Positions 30,083 through 40,546 of a stretch of DNA of 64,000 nucleotides are shown here, piece by piece. The notes below the pieces were generated by a model. It worked only from the letters and a program-made list of their open reading frames with translations, searched no databases and was not told the origin of the DNA. A program made the position numbers and the translations under genes. Each line of letters opens with the position of its first letter. Within the stretch, counting starts at the first letter, position 1. The stretch spans positions 256,001 to 320,000 of the forward strand of contig CAXXVO010000004.1 of assembly GCA_963422645.2 (NCBI GenBank), written 5' to 3'. Source of the stretch: Alphaproteobacteria bacterium. Lineage in GTDB: Bacteria > Pseudomonadota > Alphaproteobacteria > UBA828.

Positions 30083-33000
30083 GTAACTGCCCAGGTACCC
30101 CCTCTCTCTTATGGAACAAGCCAGTTCCTTTTGCGTCAACGCCCCCACGCCGCGGGGGTGCCTACTCTCTTGAGCGCGAGAGGATGATGAACGCCGCGTC
30201 GCGAACAAGATGAGAGGACAGCGATACTCAGGATGAGCCGGAGAAGTTCAGGAGCGCAGTATAGGGATCAGCTGCATCGGTTCCGGGTGCGCCAGGATTT
30301 GCAGGATGTTCCAGCCTTGCTTTCGAGCGGTGACGATGACGCTGCGCATTCCGGCGAAGTTGCAGGCGCCTTGCAGGGAGCGGAAGCCGCCTGAGATCTT
30401 CTCATGCACTTTGTTCATACGGATGTCACGCTCCGCCTCGTTATTCGTGAACGGCGTGCGCAGGTCGGTGAGGAAGCGCAGGCAGCCCTCCTTATGCTCA
30501 GACTTCCTGACCTCTGCTGATTTTAGGTGACACGAGCCGCGCGGATTCCGAGGCCCCGTCGATGTCGTAGACTATGCGCAGACGGGTGCCGGGGAAGACC
30601 GTTTCGGTGGCGTTCAGGTCGCTCAGAACCGCATCGATCCAACGGTCGCAGGCGTCGTTTGCGAGGCCAAGAATGTGGACCCGCAGGAGGCCATTGCCAG
30701 GATCCGGCAGGATGTCGGCATCGGCGGTGAGCAGCGCTTGAAGCAGTTTCCGGGGATGGGGCTTGTGGCCCTGCGCCTGCATGACGGGAAGCATCATGCG
30801 GGTTTCGGCGCGGTAGGCGATCATCCGGATGACGTCGAGGAGGAGGCGCTCGCGCGCGGGCAAGGCATCGAGCTGCTCGGCTTCGTCGAGGTCGCCGGCC
30901 CGGCAGTGCTTGGGCGTCTCCCTGCGGCTGGCCCTGACGATGTCGCGGACATCCTGGAGGTCCCTGACTTCCCTCCTGAGTTCCGCCGTCGGCTGCTTCT
31001 TCCGGGCCGTGTCGGCGATGCGGTTGCGCAGGCGGCCAAGCTGGCGGTCGAGGCGATGGATTGCCTTGTCATAGGCCCGCCGCAGCGGGTTGACGACCAT
31101 GGCGGCGGGATCGAGAGGCTCGAGCTCGTGGGTCGGCAGGGCGTCGAGATTGAACTCGTCACGCATGTACTTGAAGAAGTTCTCCTGCGACCAGCGCGAG
31201 AACATGGCGCCCGCAACCTCAGCCATCGGCTTGTGCGGATCGGTGGTGATCAGCGGCACCTGACGGCCGTTGTCGAGCAGGCGGCGGATCTGGCGCACCC
31301 TGAAGCCGTTCGGCAACGTCACCGGCTTCTCAGCCAGCCGCATGGTGGCGCTGCCGTCCGCCGCCGGTCCGTGAATGGGAACGGTCATCGCGCCGAAGTC
31401 CTCGGCCGGCCAGTCCTCGCCCCTGAAGTTCTTGTGCCAGGTCAGGCAGGCGACGCCGCGCCTCGCCAGCCGGCGGAACAGATCCGGGCTCCAGCCCTCG
31501 CGGTCGAAGACCAGGGTGAGCGCCGGCTGGCCGGGATGCTCGGCGGTCAGGTCCGGCGCCCCGGCGCCAACGATCCCAAGCTCCTGCAGCGCCGGCACCA
31601 CGTCGGCTTCGATGGCCGCGACCATCTTCGGGTCCAGCGGCTTGTGCAGACAGAGCAGCGGCTTGCCGCCCAGAGCGTTGATCCAGTAGCTGGCGCTCGC
31701 CGGCAGGCACAGCTTCTCGCGCGAGACGAAGTGCTTGGGCAAGCGCCCCTTGCGGCCGGAGTAGACCTTGACGTGCCCGTCGATGGCCAGCGTCGCCCAG
31801 AGCTCCGGCTCGTCGGCGCCTGCCAGCGCCTGGCAAGGGCGAGCTGCCACGCCCGCACGCCGGCCTCGTCGTCGGCGATGAGAGCGATCTTGCGGCGCAG
31901 CGTCTTGACCTCGGGGCAGCGATCGAGGCCGAGAATGGCGCCCCATTCGCCCGGCGCCTGGTAGCGCAGGCTCTCGGGGTTGCGCACCCGCGCCAAGGTC
32001 ATGAAGGCCAGGAAGAGCAGGATCGTAGGCAAGCCGTAATAGCCCTTCGGCAGCAATGGCAGGAGACCGGTCTCGGAGAGAAGACCTTCCTTCAGCAGGG
32101 CCGGCAGGGCGGCGAGCACGCCGCCGAAGCGGACACCGCGGGCGGCGGCGGCGAACTGCGGTTCGACCGGCCCCGCCTGTCCACAACTGGCCAGAACCCG
32201 AGCCGGAACATCGCAAGTCGCACGCCCCATCGGCGCCTGCCGGTCCCGCCGATCGCGCGCGCTGCGATCCGTTTGCGGCTGCGCTTCCAGCCCCGGCGCC
32301 GTCTCCGGCCCCGGGGCACCGGTACTCTCTTCATCGACACGGCCTTCAGGAGCCGCACCCGCGTCAGGCGGCGCAGCCAGCGCTGAGCGTCCGGGCTCCC
32401 CATCCGCCTCCGTGTTGCCGATCAGTCCCTGACGGCGCCACTTGTTGACCGATGGCGCTGACACGCCGAGAACCCGGGCCGCCGCAGAGCCGCTCAGGCC
32501 CGATGCCAGCAACGCCGTCGCCTTCTCCGCCAACTCCGGAGTGAACACCGACGGCCCGCGACCGCGCCGGGGCTTCATGAACCCCGCTTCGCCCTCGGCC
32601 AGGTAGCGCCGTCGTGCGCGCTGCACCGTCGCGCGCGAGACAGCGAAAGCGTCAGCCAGTTCCTGCGGCGAGACCGCGCTGATCGCCGCGAGGCGGCCGA
32701 TCCGCAAGAGCATGGCCGTGCGGTCATCGGCGGCGTGGCTGTCAAAGGGAATGAGGTTGGAAAAGTAGGTGAAGGTGTCGTCCGAGATCAGGACGGCGAA
32801 GCAGCTGTTGCCGATCGAGACCGCCTCTGGAGGGCACATTGGGAGGGTACTGGGCATGGTTGAGACCCCGTGCAATTGGTATCAAATTATAATATCAGAC
32901 CTCGGGCGCGACACCCAGCGAAAAACCGCCTGAAACAACCGAAATGTATCAGAATTCAAGGAGTTCCCGGCACGCTGCCCAGAACAGCCAGCATCACGAG

Positions 33001-33454
33001 GTCAGGAAGTCTGATGCTTTTGAAGGCGGCGCGCGAGGTTGTGGCCGATGCGGCGTTTCTTTCGCCCTCGCTTTGCGATCTGGAGCGGCGGTTGGGCCTC
33101 ATGGAAGGCGATGGCTTCTTCGAGGATACGGTCCCATGCCCTTGAGATGCGGGCCACCAGGGAGGCGGGGACTTGACGGTCTTTCTCACGGGCGAAGCGG
33201 GCGGCCCTGCGCGCGCGCTGAAGCAGGCGGTGCATGCTCGCCGCCCATTCCTCCTTCTCGATGTCGATCAGGGCCTGGAGTTCGCGCAGGTGATGTGCGT
33301 TGCAGGCGCCGTGGCGGACGCCCTTGATGGTGAAGTAGGGGGCGAAGTCGTCGTGGACGAGGATGCCTTTCAGGTTCTTTTCGACATCGCCGCGTCCCTC
33401 GCCGATGCGCAGGACGGTGAGCAACGGGGTGCACAGCACATGGAGCCAGCGGGT
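30083..33454 (-). mobile_element. IS66-MTase element copy 3, partial (3' part of transposase only), interrupted by ISX copy D
   Basis: TIR GTAACTGCCCAGGTACCCC at 30083; sequence matches copy 1 on both sides of the ISX; truncated at 33454. Confidence 0.9.
30499..33013 (-). mobile_element. ISX copy D (uninterrupted, 2515 bp; transposase frameshifted near 31817)
   Basis: Both TIRs present; TSD ATGCT (30494-30498, 33014-33018). Confidence 0.95.
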
Positions 33455-34321
33455 GTTTGCGAGGCCAAGAATGTGGACCCGCAGGAGGCCACAACTGGCC
33501 AGAACCCGAGCCGGAACATCGCAAGTCGCACGCCCCATCGGCGCCTGCCGGTCCCGCCGATCGCGCGCGCTGCGATCCGTTTGCGGCTGCGCTTCCAGCC
33601 CCGGCGCCGTCTCCGGCCCCGGGGCACCGGTACTCTCTTCATCGACACGGCCTTCAGGAGCCGCACCCGCGTCAGGCGGCGCAGCCAGCGCTGAGCGTCC
33701 GGGCTCCCCATCCGCCTCCGTGTTGCCGATCAGTCCCTGACGGCGCCACTTGTTGACCGATGGCGCTGACACGCCGAGAACCCGGGCCGCCGCAGAGCCG
33801 CTCAGGCCCGATGCCAGCAACGCCGTCGCCTTCTCCGCCAACTCCGGAGTGAACACCGACGGCCCGCGACCGCGCCGGGGCTTCATGAACCCCGCTTCGC
33901 CCTCGGCCAGGTAGCGCCGTCGTGCGCGCTGCACCGTCGCGCGCGAGACAGCGAAAGCGTCAGCCAGTTCCTGCGGCGAGACCGCGCTGATCGCCGCGAG
34001 GCGGCCGATCCGCAAGAGCATGGCCGTGCGGTCATCGGCGGCGTGGCTGTCAAAGGGAATGAGGTTGGAAAAGTAGGTGAAGGTGTCGTCCGAGATCAGG
34101 ACGGCGAAGCAGCTGTTGCCGATCGAGACCGCCTCTGGAGGGCACATTGGGAGGGTACTGGGCATGGTTGAGACCCCGTGCAATTGGTATCAAATTATAC
34201 TATCAGACCTCGGGCGCGACACCCAGCGAAAAACCGCCTGAAACAACCGAAATGTATCAGAATTCAAGGAGTTCCCGGCACGCTGCCCAGAACAGCCAGC
34301 ATCACGAGGTCAGGAAGTCTG
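33455..34321 (-). mobile_element. ISX copy E, internally deleted remnant with intact left end
   Basis: About 37 bp of the 3' region is joined through CCA microhomology to the 5' third; left TIR ends at 34321. Confidence 0.85.
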
Positions 34322-34396
34322 AGTCTACGACATCGACGGGGCCTCGGAATCCGCGCGGCTCGTGTCACCTAAAATCAGCAGAGGTCAGGAAGTCTG
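34322..34396 (+). mobile_element. ISX copy F, 75-bp right-end stub in the opposite orientation
   Basis: AGTCTACGAC...GAGGTCAGGAAGTCTG followed by ACCAT; exact inverted copy of 24150-24224. Confidence 0.88.
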
Positions 34397-34625
34397 ACCA
34401 TGTGACACCCGTCACATCTGGGCCGCGATTTCCTTTCCTGTAAATCTTGCCGCCATCGACTGCTGTAACCTCCCAAGACATGCCGATATTGTAAGTAACC
34501 TTGGTGCCAATCGGTGTCGGTTTCCACGTTCCATCCGGCTCTTCTGCGGCTATGGTGCTAGTTATGGACACCACCGAAACGACAAGCGCACACAATACGA
34601 ACTTGGGGATATCGAAAATTGCCAT
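34397..34625 (-). pseudogene. 5' part of a secreted hypothetical protein, truncated by ISX
   Basis: GGGAGG RBS and signal peptide MAIFDIPKFVLCALVVSVVSITSTIAA. Confidence 0.65.
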
Positions 34626-34826
34626 GGCGCCCCTCCCGAGTATTCTTTTGCTTGAAGATTCGTAACTGCCCAGGTACCCCCTCTCTCTTATGGAACAAGC
34701 CAGTTCCTTTTGCGTCAACGCCCCCACGCCGCGGGGGTGCCTACTCTCTTGAGCGCGAGAGGATGATGAACGCCGCGTCGCGAACAAGATGAGAGGACAG
34801 CGATACTCAGGATGAGCCGGAGAAGT

Positions 34827-36368
34827 TCAGGAGCGCAGTATAGGGATCAGCTGCATCGGTTCCGGGTGCGCCAGGATTTGCAGGATGTTCCAGCCTTGCT
34901 TTCGAGCGGTGACGATGACGCTGCGGATTCCGGCGAAGTTGCAGGCGCCTTGCAGGGAGCGGAAGCCGCCTGAGATCTTCTCATGCACTTTGTTCATACG
35001 GATGTCACGCTCCGCCTCGTTATTCGTGAACGGCGTGCGCAGGTCGGTGAGGAAGCGCAGGCAGCCCTCCTTATGCTTTTGAAGGCGGCGCGCGAGGTTG
35101 TGGCCGATGCGGCGTTTCTTTCGCCCTCGCTTTGCGATCTGGAGCGGCGGTTGGGCCTCATGGAAGGCGATGGCTTCTTCGAGGATACGGTCCCATGCCC
35201 TTGAGATGCGGGCCACCAGGGAGGCGGGGACTTGACGGTCTTTCTCACGGGCGAAGCGGGCGGCCCTGCGCGCGCGCTGAAGCAGGCGGTGCATGCTCGC
35301 CGCCCATTCCTCCTTCTCGATGTCGATCAGGGCCTGGAGTTCGCGCAGGTGATGTGCGTTGCAGGCGCCGTGGCGGACGCCCTTGATGGTGAAGTAGGGG
35401 GCGAAGTCGTCGTGGACGAGGATGCCTTTCAGGTTCTTTTCGACACCGCGCGCGCTCACCTCGCCGATGCGCAGGACGGTGAGCAACGGGGTGCACAGCA
35501 CATGGAGCCAGCGGGTACGGGCGGCGATACGCAGGCCGGTCTCGTCGAGGTGCTTGACCGGCGCCTGCGTGCGGATCAGATCGGCGACATGGTCGAGGAA
35601 GCCCTCGAAGCGCTGCGCTGTGCGCCGGCCCATGGCGGCGATCGTGGCAGTGGAGATGGACACCGCGAAGATGTCGCTCATGAGTTCGGCCAGACGCTTC
35701 TCGGGCACGAACTGGGCGTACAGCAGGTAACTCACCCAAGCGGTGATGCGAGGGCCGTACTGGACCGGGGCGGTGACGCCCGGCGGGAAGGCGGCTCGTG
35801 TCAGCGTGCCGCATGCGCCGCAGAGGCAGCGATGGGCGCGGTGTTCGGTGACCTCGAGAGGCTGCGGCTCGGGTACGTCGAAGACCTGCCGACAGGCGGG
35901 CGCGCCTTGCCGGTCGGCGTCCGAGAGCTCGACGCCACAGCCGGAACAGGTGGAGGGGTGGTGATCGACGACACGGTCCGGGCTGTCGCTCCGCGCGAGG
36001 GTGGTTCCCTTGTGGCCGGGCTGGCCGCCACTGGGCCCGCCGGACTTTCCGCGCTGGCTTTGGGTGCGCCTCTGGGCTCCGCTTTTCTTCTTGAGCCCGT
36101 CGCTGGCGGGGGGCTTGCTGCTTGTGGTGCTGTTGAGGGCCGCGCTGCGCTCGAGTTCGGCGATGCGCTCGCGCAGGGCCGCGTTCTCCTGCTCGAGTGC
36201 GGCATTTTCCCGGGCGAGCGCGGTGGCTGATCGCAGCAGCCCCTGCCCCCATTCCCGGACGGCAACGACGACAGTGGTTGCGAGGGATGATGGCTCGAGA
36301 AGCTCCTTCAGGCAGCAGAAGGCCTCGTTACGGGCGGCGAGGTCTTCGTGCCAGTGCGACACCGTCAC
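34827..36368 (-). CDS. IS66-family transposase
   Basis: Same protein as copy 1 except GIRS versus GMRS. Confidence 0.92.
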   Translation of the reverse strand: MTVSHWHEDLAARNEAFCCLKELLEPSSLATTVVVAVREWGQGLLRSATALARENAALEQENAALRERIAELERSAALNSTTSSKPPASDGLKKKSGAQRRTQSQRGKSGGPSGGQPGHKGTTLARSDSPDRVVDHHPSTCSGCGVELSDADRQGAPACRQVFDVPEPQPLEVTEHRAHRCLCGACGTLTRAAFPPGVTAPVQYGPRITAWVSYLLYAQFVPEKRLAELMSDIFAVSISTATIAAMGRRTAQRFEGFLDHVADLIRTQAPVKHLDETGLRIAARTRWLHVLCTPLLTVLRIGEVSARGVEKNLKGILVHDDFAPYFTIKGVRHGACNAHHLRELQALIDIEKEEWAASMHRLLQRARRAARFAREKDRQVPASLVARISRAWDRILEEAIAFHEAQPPLQIAKRGRKKRRIGHNLARRLQKHKEGCLRFLTDLRTPFTNNEAERDIRMNKVHEKISGGFRSLQGACNFAGIRSVIVTARKQGWNILQILAHPEPMQLIPILRS

Positions 36369-37030
36369 GTGTCTTCGGCCTCGACGGCCATCATGGCGGC
36401 GAGCACGGCGAGGCGTTCGCCCGGCGGCAAGGCCTGGTAGCGCCGGCCCCAGTTGGCTGCCTTGCGCTTGATGCGCTGGCGGTCGGTGAAGTTCCGGCCT
36501 GCGTGGCTGGCCCAATGCATCCGGTCGGGGGCGTAGTTGAACCAGACGACCTCGGTTCGCACCAGACCCTGGGTCGTGACCTGCAGCGCCAGCCGGCGCC
36601 ATCCCGCCAGCACCTCGTCATAGAGCGCCGACGGATGGCCCGAGATCATGACCTGGCAGGGCAGAGCCTTGAGCAGCGCGAGAAGCGCGACGTGGCCGGC
36701 CTCCTCGTACTCGAAGCGGTAGCGCTGCGCCGAGCGGCGGGTCGCGTGCAGATAGGGCGGATCGCTGTAAACCAGCTCCGGGCCCAGGAACGGGAACGAG
36801 GCCAGGAAGTCATGGGCACAGCCGTGAACCAGATCGACCGGGTAGTCGCAGACGAAGGCCTCGAGCGCCTGCGCATCGCGGTCGATGCCGATCGAACGCA
36901 CGGCCGGCGGCTTGCGCTTCATCAGCGCCCCGCCCCCAAGGTGGCTTTCGATGTAGACGGAGTGCGGCGGCATCAGCGCAATCAGCGCTTGGCACAGACC
37001 TGCTGTCGCCTTCGAGCCGAAATACCCCAT
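36365..37030 (-). CDS. Dam/D12-like N6-adenine DNA methyltransferase (IS passenger)
   Basis: Protein identical to 9630-10295. Confidence 0.88.
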   Translation of the reverse strand: MGYFGSKATAGLCQALIALMPPHSVYIESHLGGGALMKRKPPAVRSIGIDRDAQALEAFVCDYPVDLVHGCAHDFLASFPFLGPELVYSDPPYLHATRRSAQRYRFEYEEAGHVALLALLKALPCQVMISGHPSALYDEVLAGWRRLALQVTTQGLVRTEVVWFNYAPDRMHWASHAGRNFTDRQRIKRKAANWGRRYQALPPGERLAVLAAMMAVEAEDT

Positions 37031-37182
37031 GGACCGCTCCCGTCACGCGAGAGAGCAGTCCATAGTCCCGCAACTCTATGAGGTCAAGAACCAATCGCGG
37101 TGGCAGAACCAGGCCGCGGCCGCCGCCATAATCACCGTCCTCAACTCAGGATTGGGGTACCTGGGTAGTTACGAAGATTCTC

Positions 37183-39061
37183 GTAACTGCCCAGGTTCTT
37201 GCTGTGAAAATTCTCTGGGATTCGGCGCAACGCTACCCACGCGACGCCCGTGTGCTCCTCTGTGGTCGCCGGGTTTCACAGCTCACGATGCCCCTCTTGC
37301 GGACTGCGACCGGTAAGCTACCCCGATGTGGCCCGAAGTCCGCCCGCGCGACGGGCACCGATTTTCATTCTATGGGGTGGTCCAGCACGGCGTCGACCAT
37401 GATCGTTTATGAGAATGGCTCCGCTGTTGGAGAACCCGTGCCAGGTGAGCTTACGCGCACTTGACGGTGGCGATGAGCCGATCCGATGGGCTGGTCAGGG
37501 CTTCGATGATATTCCAGCCCTGCTTTCTGGCGGTGGTGATGACGCTGCGCAGGATGGCGAAGTTCTCGGCCCCCTGCGCGGACCGGAAGCCCCCGGAGAT
37601 CTTCTGGCGCAGCTTCATCATCCGAAGGTCGCGCTCGGCCTCGTTGTTCGTGAACCCGACCTCGAGGTCGATCAGGAACCGGAGCACCGCGCATTTGTGG
37701 TCGCGCAGCCTCAAGGCCGGATTGTGACCGATCCTTCGCTTCCGGCGCTTCTTCCTCTTGCCAGGCGAGAACGGTGGTTGGCTCTCGTGAAAGGCCAGCG
37801 CATCGGCGATGATCTCGTCGTATCGGCGCTCGATCAGCGCCACAAGCCTCGCCGGAACGGCGATATCCTTGTCCAGCGCGATGCGGGCGGCGCGATTGGC
37901 TCGGCGCAGGAGCTGCTGCATCCGCCGGGCCCAAGCCTCCCCTTCGATGTCCACCAGCGCCTGCAACTCCCGCAGGTGATGGGCGTTGCACAGGCCGTGC
38001 TCCACCCCTTCCATCGCGAAGTACGGCTTCCAGTGATCGTGCACGACGATGCCGGAGACACCCGAGAGCAGGGCGCCGCGCTTGCCGCTGACCCGGTACG
38101 CCGCCAGCAGCGGCGTGCAGATCACATGAAGCCACTGCGTCTGACCGCCGATCCGCAAGCCGGTCTCGTCCATGTGTTTCACCCGCGCCGTGCCCGCCGC
38201 CAGGTCCTGTATGTGCAAGGCCGCGTCCCGCAGCCGCTCGGCCGCCCTCTCGCTCATCGTCGCCAACGTCGCAGCCGTCACCGGCGCGCCGAAGAGCTCG
38301 GCCATCACCTGCGACAGCCGATCCTCCGGCAGGAAGTGAGCGTGCTGAAGGTAGACCGCCACCCCGGCAATGCGCGGGCCGTACTGCACCGGCGCCGACA
38401 CCCCGTCGGGGAACGCCGCCCGGGTCACCGTCCCGCAATGCCCGCAGCACTTGGCATGCGCCCGGTGCTCGGTCACCTCCAGGGGGCTCGGCTCGGGCAG
38501 ATCGAACACCTGGCGGGCGACGGGCGTTCCCGCCCTGGCCGCGTCCGAAAGCGGCGAACCGCATCCCTTGCAGGAAGCCGGGACGTGATCCTTCACCCGA
38601 TCCGGGTGATCGGCGCGGCGCAGCGTCTTGCCCTTGTGGCCGGGCTGGCCACCGGGCTTGCGGCCCGATTTGCCGCGCAGGCTTCGGGTTCGCCGCTTCG
38701 AATTCGGCTTCCTCAGCCCATCGCTCGAAGGCGGCTTGCCGCTGTTGAGGCCGAGACGGCGCTCCAACTCCTCGATGCGCTCGACGAGACGCGCGACTTG
38801 CTCTTCCAGCCGCGCGTTCTGCTGCCGAAGCCAGGCATTTTCCTCCCGAAGCCGGGCGTTCTCCTCCTCCAGGCGGGCGATCTTCTGCGCGGGCGTTTCG
38901 GGCGCTGCTCCCGTCGAAGGGCCGCGCGGCGACTCGGGATTGCTCATGTCGTTGTTGAGTCATTTCCCGAAATTCCCGTCAAGCCCTTTCCACCAACTCC
39001 GAACGAGAAACGCCTCAATCCACTGGCCCAAAATGACAAATCAGACGACCTGGGCAGTTAC
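37183..39061 (-). mobile_element. second IS66-family element (IS66b, no passenger), copy 1
   Basis: TIR GTAACTGCCCAGGT at both ends; 1879 bp; flanks do not form a TSD. Confidence 0.92.
37451..38947 (-). CDS. IS66-family transposase
   Basis: GGQPGHKG, HMDETG, HDHW, CNAHHLREL and TNNEAERDLR. Confidence 0.94.
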   Translation of the reverse strand: MSNPESPRGPSTGAAPETPAQKIARLEEENARLREENAWLRQQNARLEEQVARLVERIEELERRLGLNSGKPPSSDGLRKPNSKRRTRSLRGKSGRKPGGQPGHKGKTLRRADHPDRVKDHVPASCKGCGSPLSDAARAGTPVARQVFDLPEPSPLEVTEHRAHAKCCGHCGTVTRAAFPDGVSAPVQYGPRIAGVAVYLQHAHFLPEDRLSQVMAELFGAPVTAATLATMSERAAERLRDAALHIQDLAAGTARVKHMDETGLRIGGQTQWLHVICTPLLAAYRVSGKRGALLSGVSGIVVHDHWKPYFAMEGVEHGLCNAHHLRELQALVDIEGEAWARRMQQLLRRANRAARIALDKDIAVPARLVALIERRYDEIIADALAFHESQPPFSPGKRKKRRKRRIGHNPALRLRDHKCAVLRFLIDLEVGFTNNEAERDLRMMKLRQKISGGFRSAQGAENFAILRSVITTARKQGWNIIEALTSPSDRLIATVKCA

Positions 39062-39135
39062 CAGGGGAGATTCGCTTTGCGTGCATGGCGGCTTTGGCGT
39101 TCAATCGGCCGCCACCATGGAGAGGGGAGAGTCGG

Positions 39136-40533
39136 ATGTCTGATCTGCACGAGCTGATGCTGACCGAGGTCGCGGCGAAGCTTCGGTCGCGGGAGGTGTC
39201 CGCCGCCGAAGTCACCGCCCACACGATCGCGCGGATCGAGCGGCTGGACGGCACGCTCCGGAGCTACGCCACCGTGATGGCCGACGTCGCGACCGCACAG
39301 GCGGCGCAGGCGGACGAGGAGATCGCGGGCGGCTCGGTGAGAGGCCCGCTGCACGGCGTCCCCTTCGGCCTCAAGGACCTCTGCCTGACGAAGGATGCCC
39401 CCACCCATGTCGGCTCGGTCGCGCTCCGCGACTGGTGCCCGGGCGTCGACGGCACCGTGGTGGCGCGTCTCAGGGAGGCCGGCACGGTCTTCGCCGGCAA
39501 GCTGCAGATGACCGAGGGCGCCTATGCTGTCCATCACCCCTCCATCGCGCCGCCGGTCAATCCGTGGCACCCCGACTACTGGACCGGCGTCTCGTCGAGC
39601 GGCTCCGGCGTCGCCACAACGGCCCGGCTCTGCTATGGCTCGCTCGGGACCGACACCGGCGGCTCGATCCGCTTCCCCTCGCAAGCCTGCGGCGTGACCG
39701 GGCTGAAACCCACCTGGGGCCGGGTGAGCCGGGCGGGCGCCTTCGCGCTCTCCGAGACCCTCGACCACATCGGGCCGATGGCCCGCTCCGCCGCCGACTG
39801 CGCCGCGATCCTCGGCGTCATCGCGGGCGTCGACCCCGACGACCCGACCACCGTGCAGGCTCCGGTGCCGGACTACCTCGGCAGCATCGACGCCGGCATC
39901 GAGGGCATGCGGATCGGCCTCGACGAGGCCTATTGCTCGGAGGGTGTGGACCCGCGCGTGACCACCATGGTGATTCAGGCGGCCGACGTGCTGCGCGGGC
40001 GCGGCGCCGACATCCGGCCCATCGCCTTCCCCGATGCCACGGTCATGGTGGACCGCTGGAACGATTTCTGCGGCGCGGACACGGCCATCGCGCACGAGCC
40101 CTACTACGAGGCGCACAAGGCCGACTACGGGCCCGTGCTCTCGGGCCTGATCGAGGTAGGGCTCGCGCTGAGCGGGGTCGATCACGCTCGCATCTTGATC
40201 GAACGGGACAAGTTCATCGGCGCGCTCAATGCGGTCTTCGCCGATGTCGACGCGATCATCATTCCCTCGCAGCCCTACCCGACACCCACCAACGCCTTCA
40301 TGGACACGTTGGGGGCGGAGGAAGGCTCGGTGGAGCGGCTGATTTCGTTCACCGCCCCCCACGACATGGCAAGAACGCCCGCGATGTGCCTGCCCGGCGG
40401 CTTCGACGAAGAGGGCGTGCCTTTGGGCTTCCAGATCGTGGGACCGCAGCTCAGCGAGGAGCGGCTGCTGCAGGCGGGGCACGCCTACCAGCAGGATACC
40501 GACTGGCACAGCCGCACGCCGCCTGCAGCCTGA
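39136..40533 (+). CDS. amidase (amidase-signature family)
   Basis: GLKD, TGVSSSGS and GTDTGGSIRFPS. Confidence 0.93.
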   Translation: MSDLHELMLTEVAAKLRSREVSAAEVTAHTIARIERLDGTLRSYATVMADVATAQAAQADEEIAGGSVRGPLHGVPFGLKDLCLTKDAPTHVGSVALRDWCPGVDGTVVARLREAGTVFAGKLQMTEGAYAVHHPSIAPPVNPWHPDYWTGVSSSGSGVATTARLCYGSLGTDTGGSIRFPSQACGVTGLKPTWGRVSRAGAFALSETLDHIGPMARSAADCAAILGVIAGVDPDDPTTVQAPVPDYLGSIDAGIEGMRIGLDEAYCSEGVDPRVTTMVIQAADVLRGRGADIRPIAFPDATVMVDRWNDFCGADTAIAHEPYYEAHKADYGPVLSGLIEVGLALSGVDHARILIERDKFIGALNAVFADVDAIIIPSQPYPTPTNAFMDTLGAEEGSVERLISFTAPHDMARTPAMCLPGGFDEEGVPLGFQIVGPQLSEERLLQAGHAYQQDTDWHSRTPPAA

Positions 40534-40546
40534 GGGAGATGCCAGC

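Larger units (their letters stand above)
34662..37172 (-). mobile_element. IS66-MTase element copy 2
   Basis: Same TIRs, 2511 bp, 8-bp TSD GAAGATTC (34654-34661, 37173-37180). Confidence 0.96.

Noticed and set aside
24150-34396. Single composite transposon bounded by the two inverted 75-bp ISX ends
   Set aside because: The outer flanks AGATT and ACCAT are not a target duplication.
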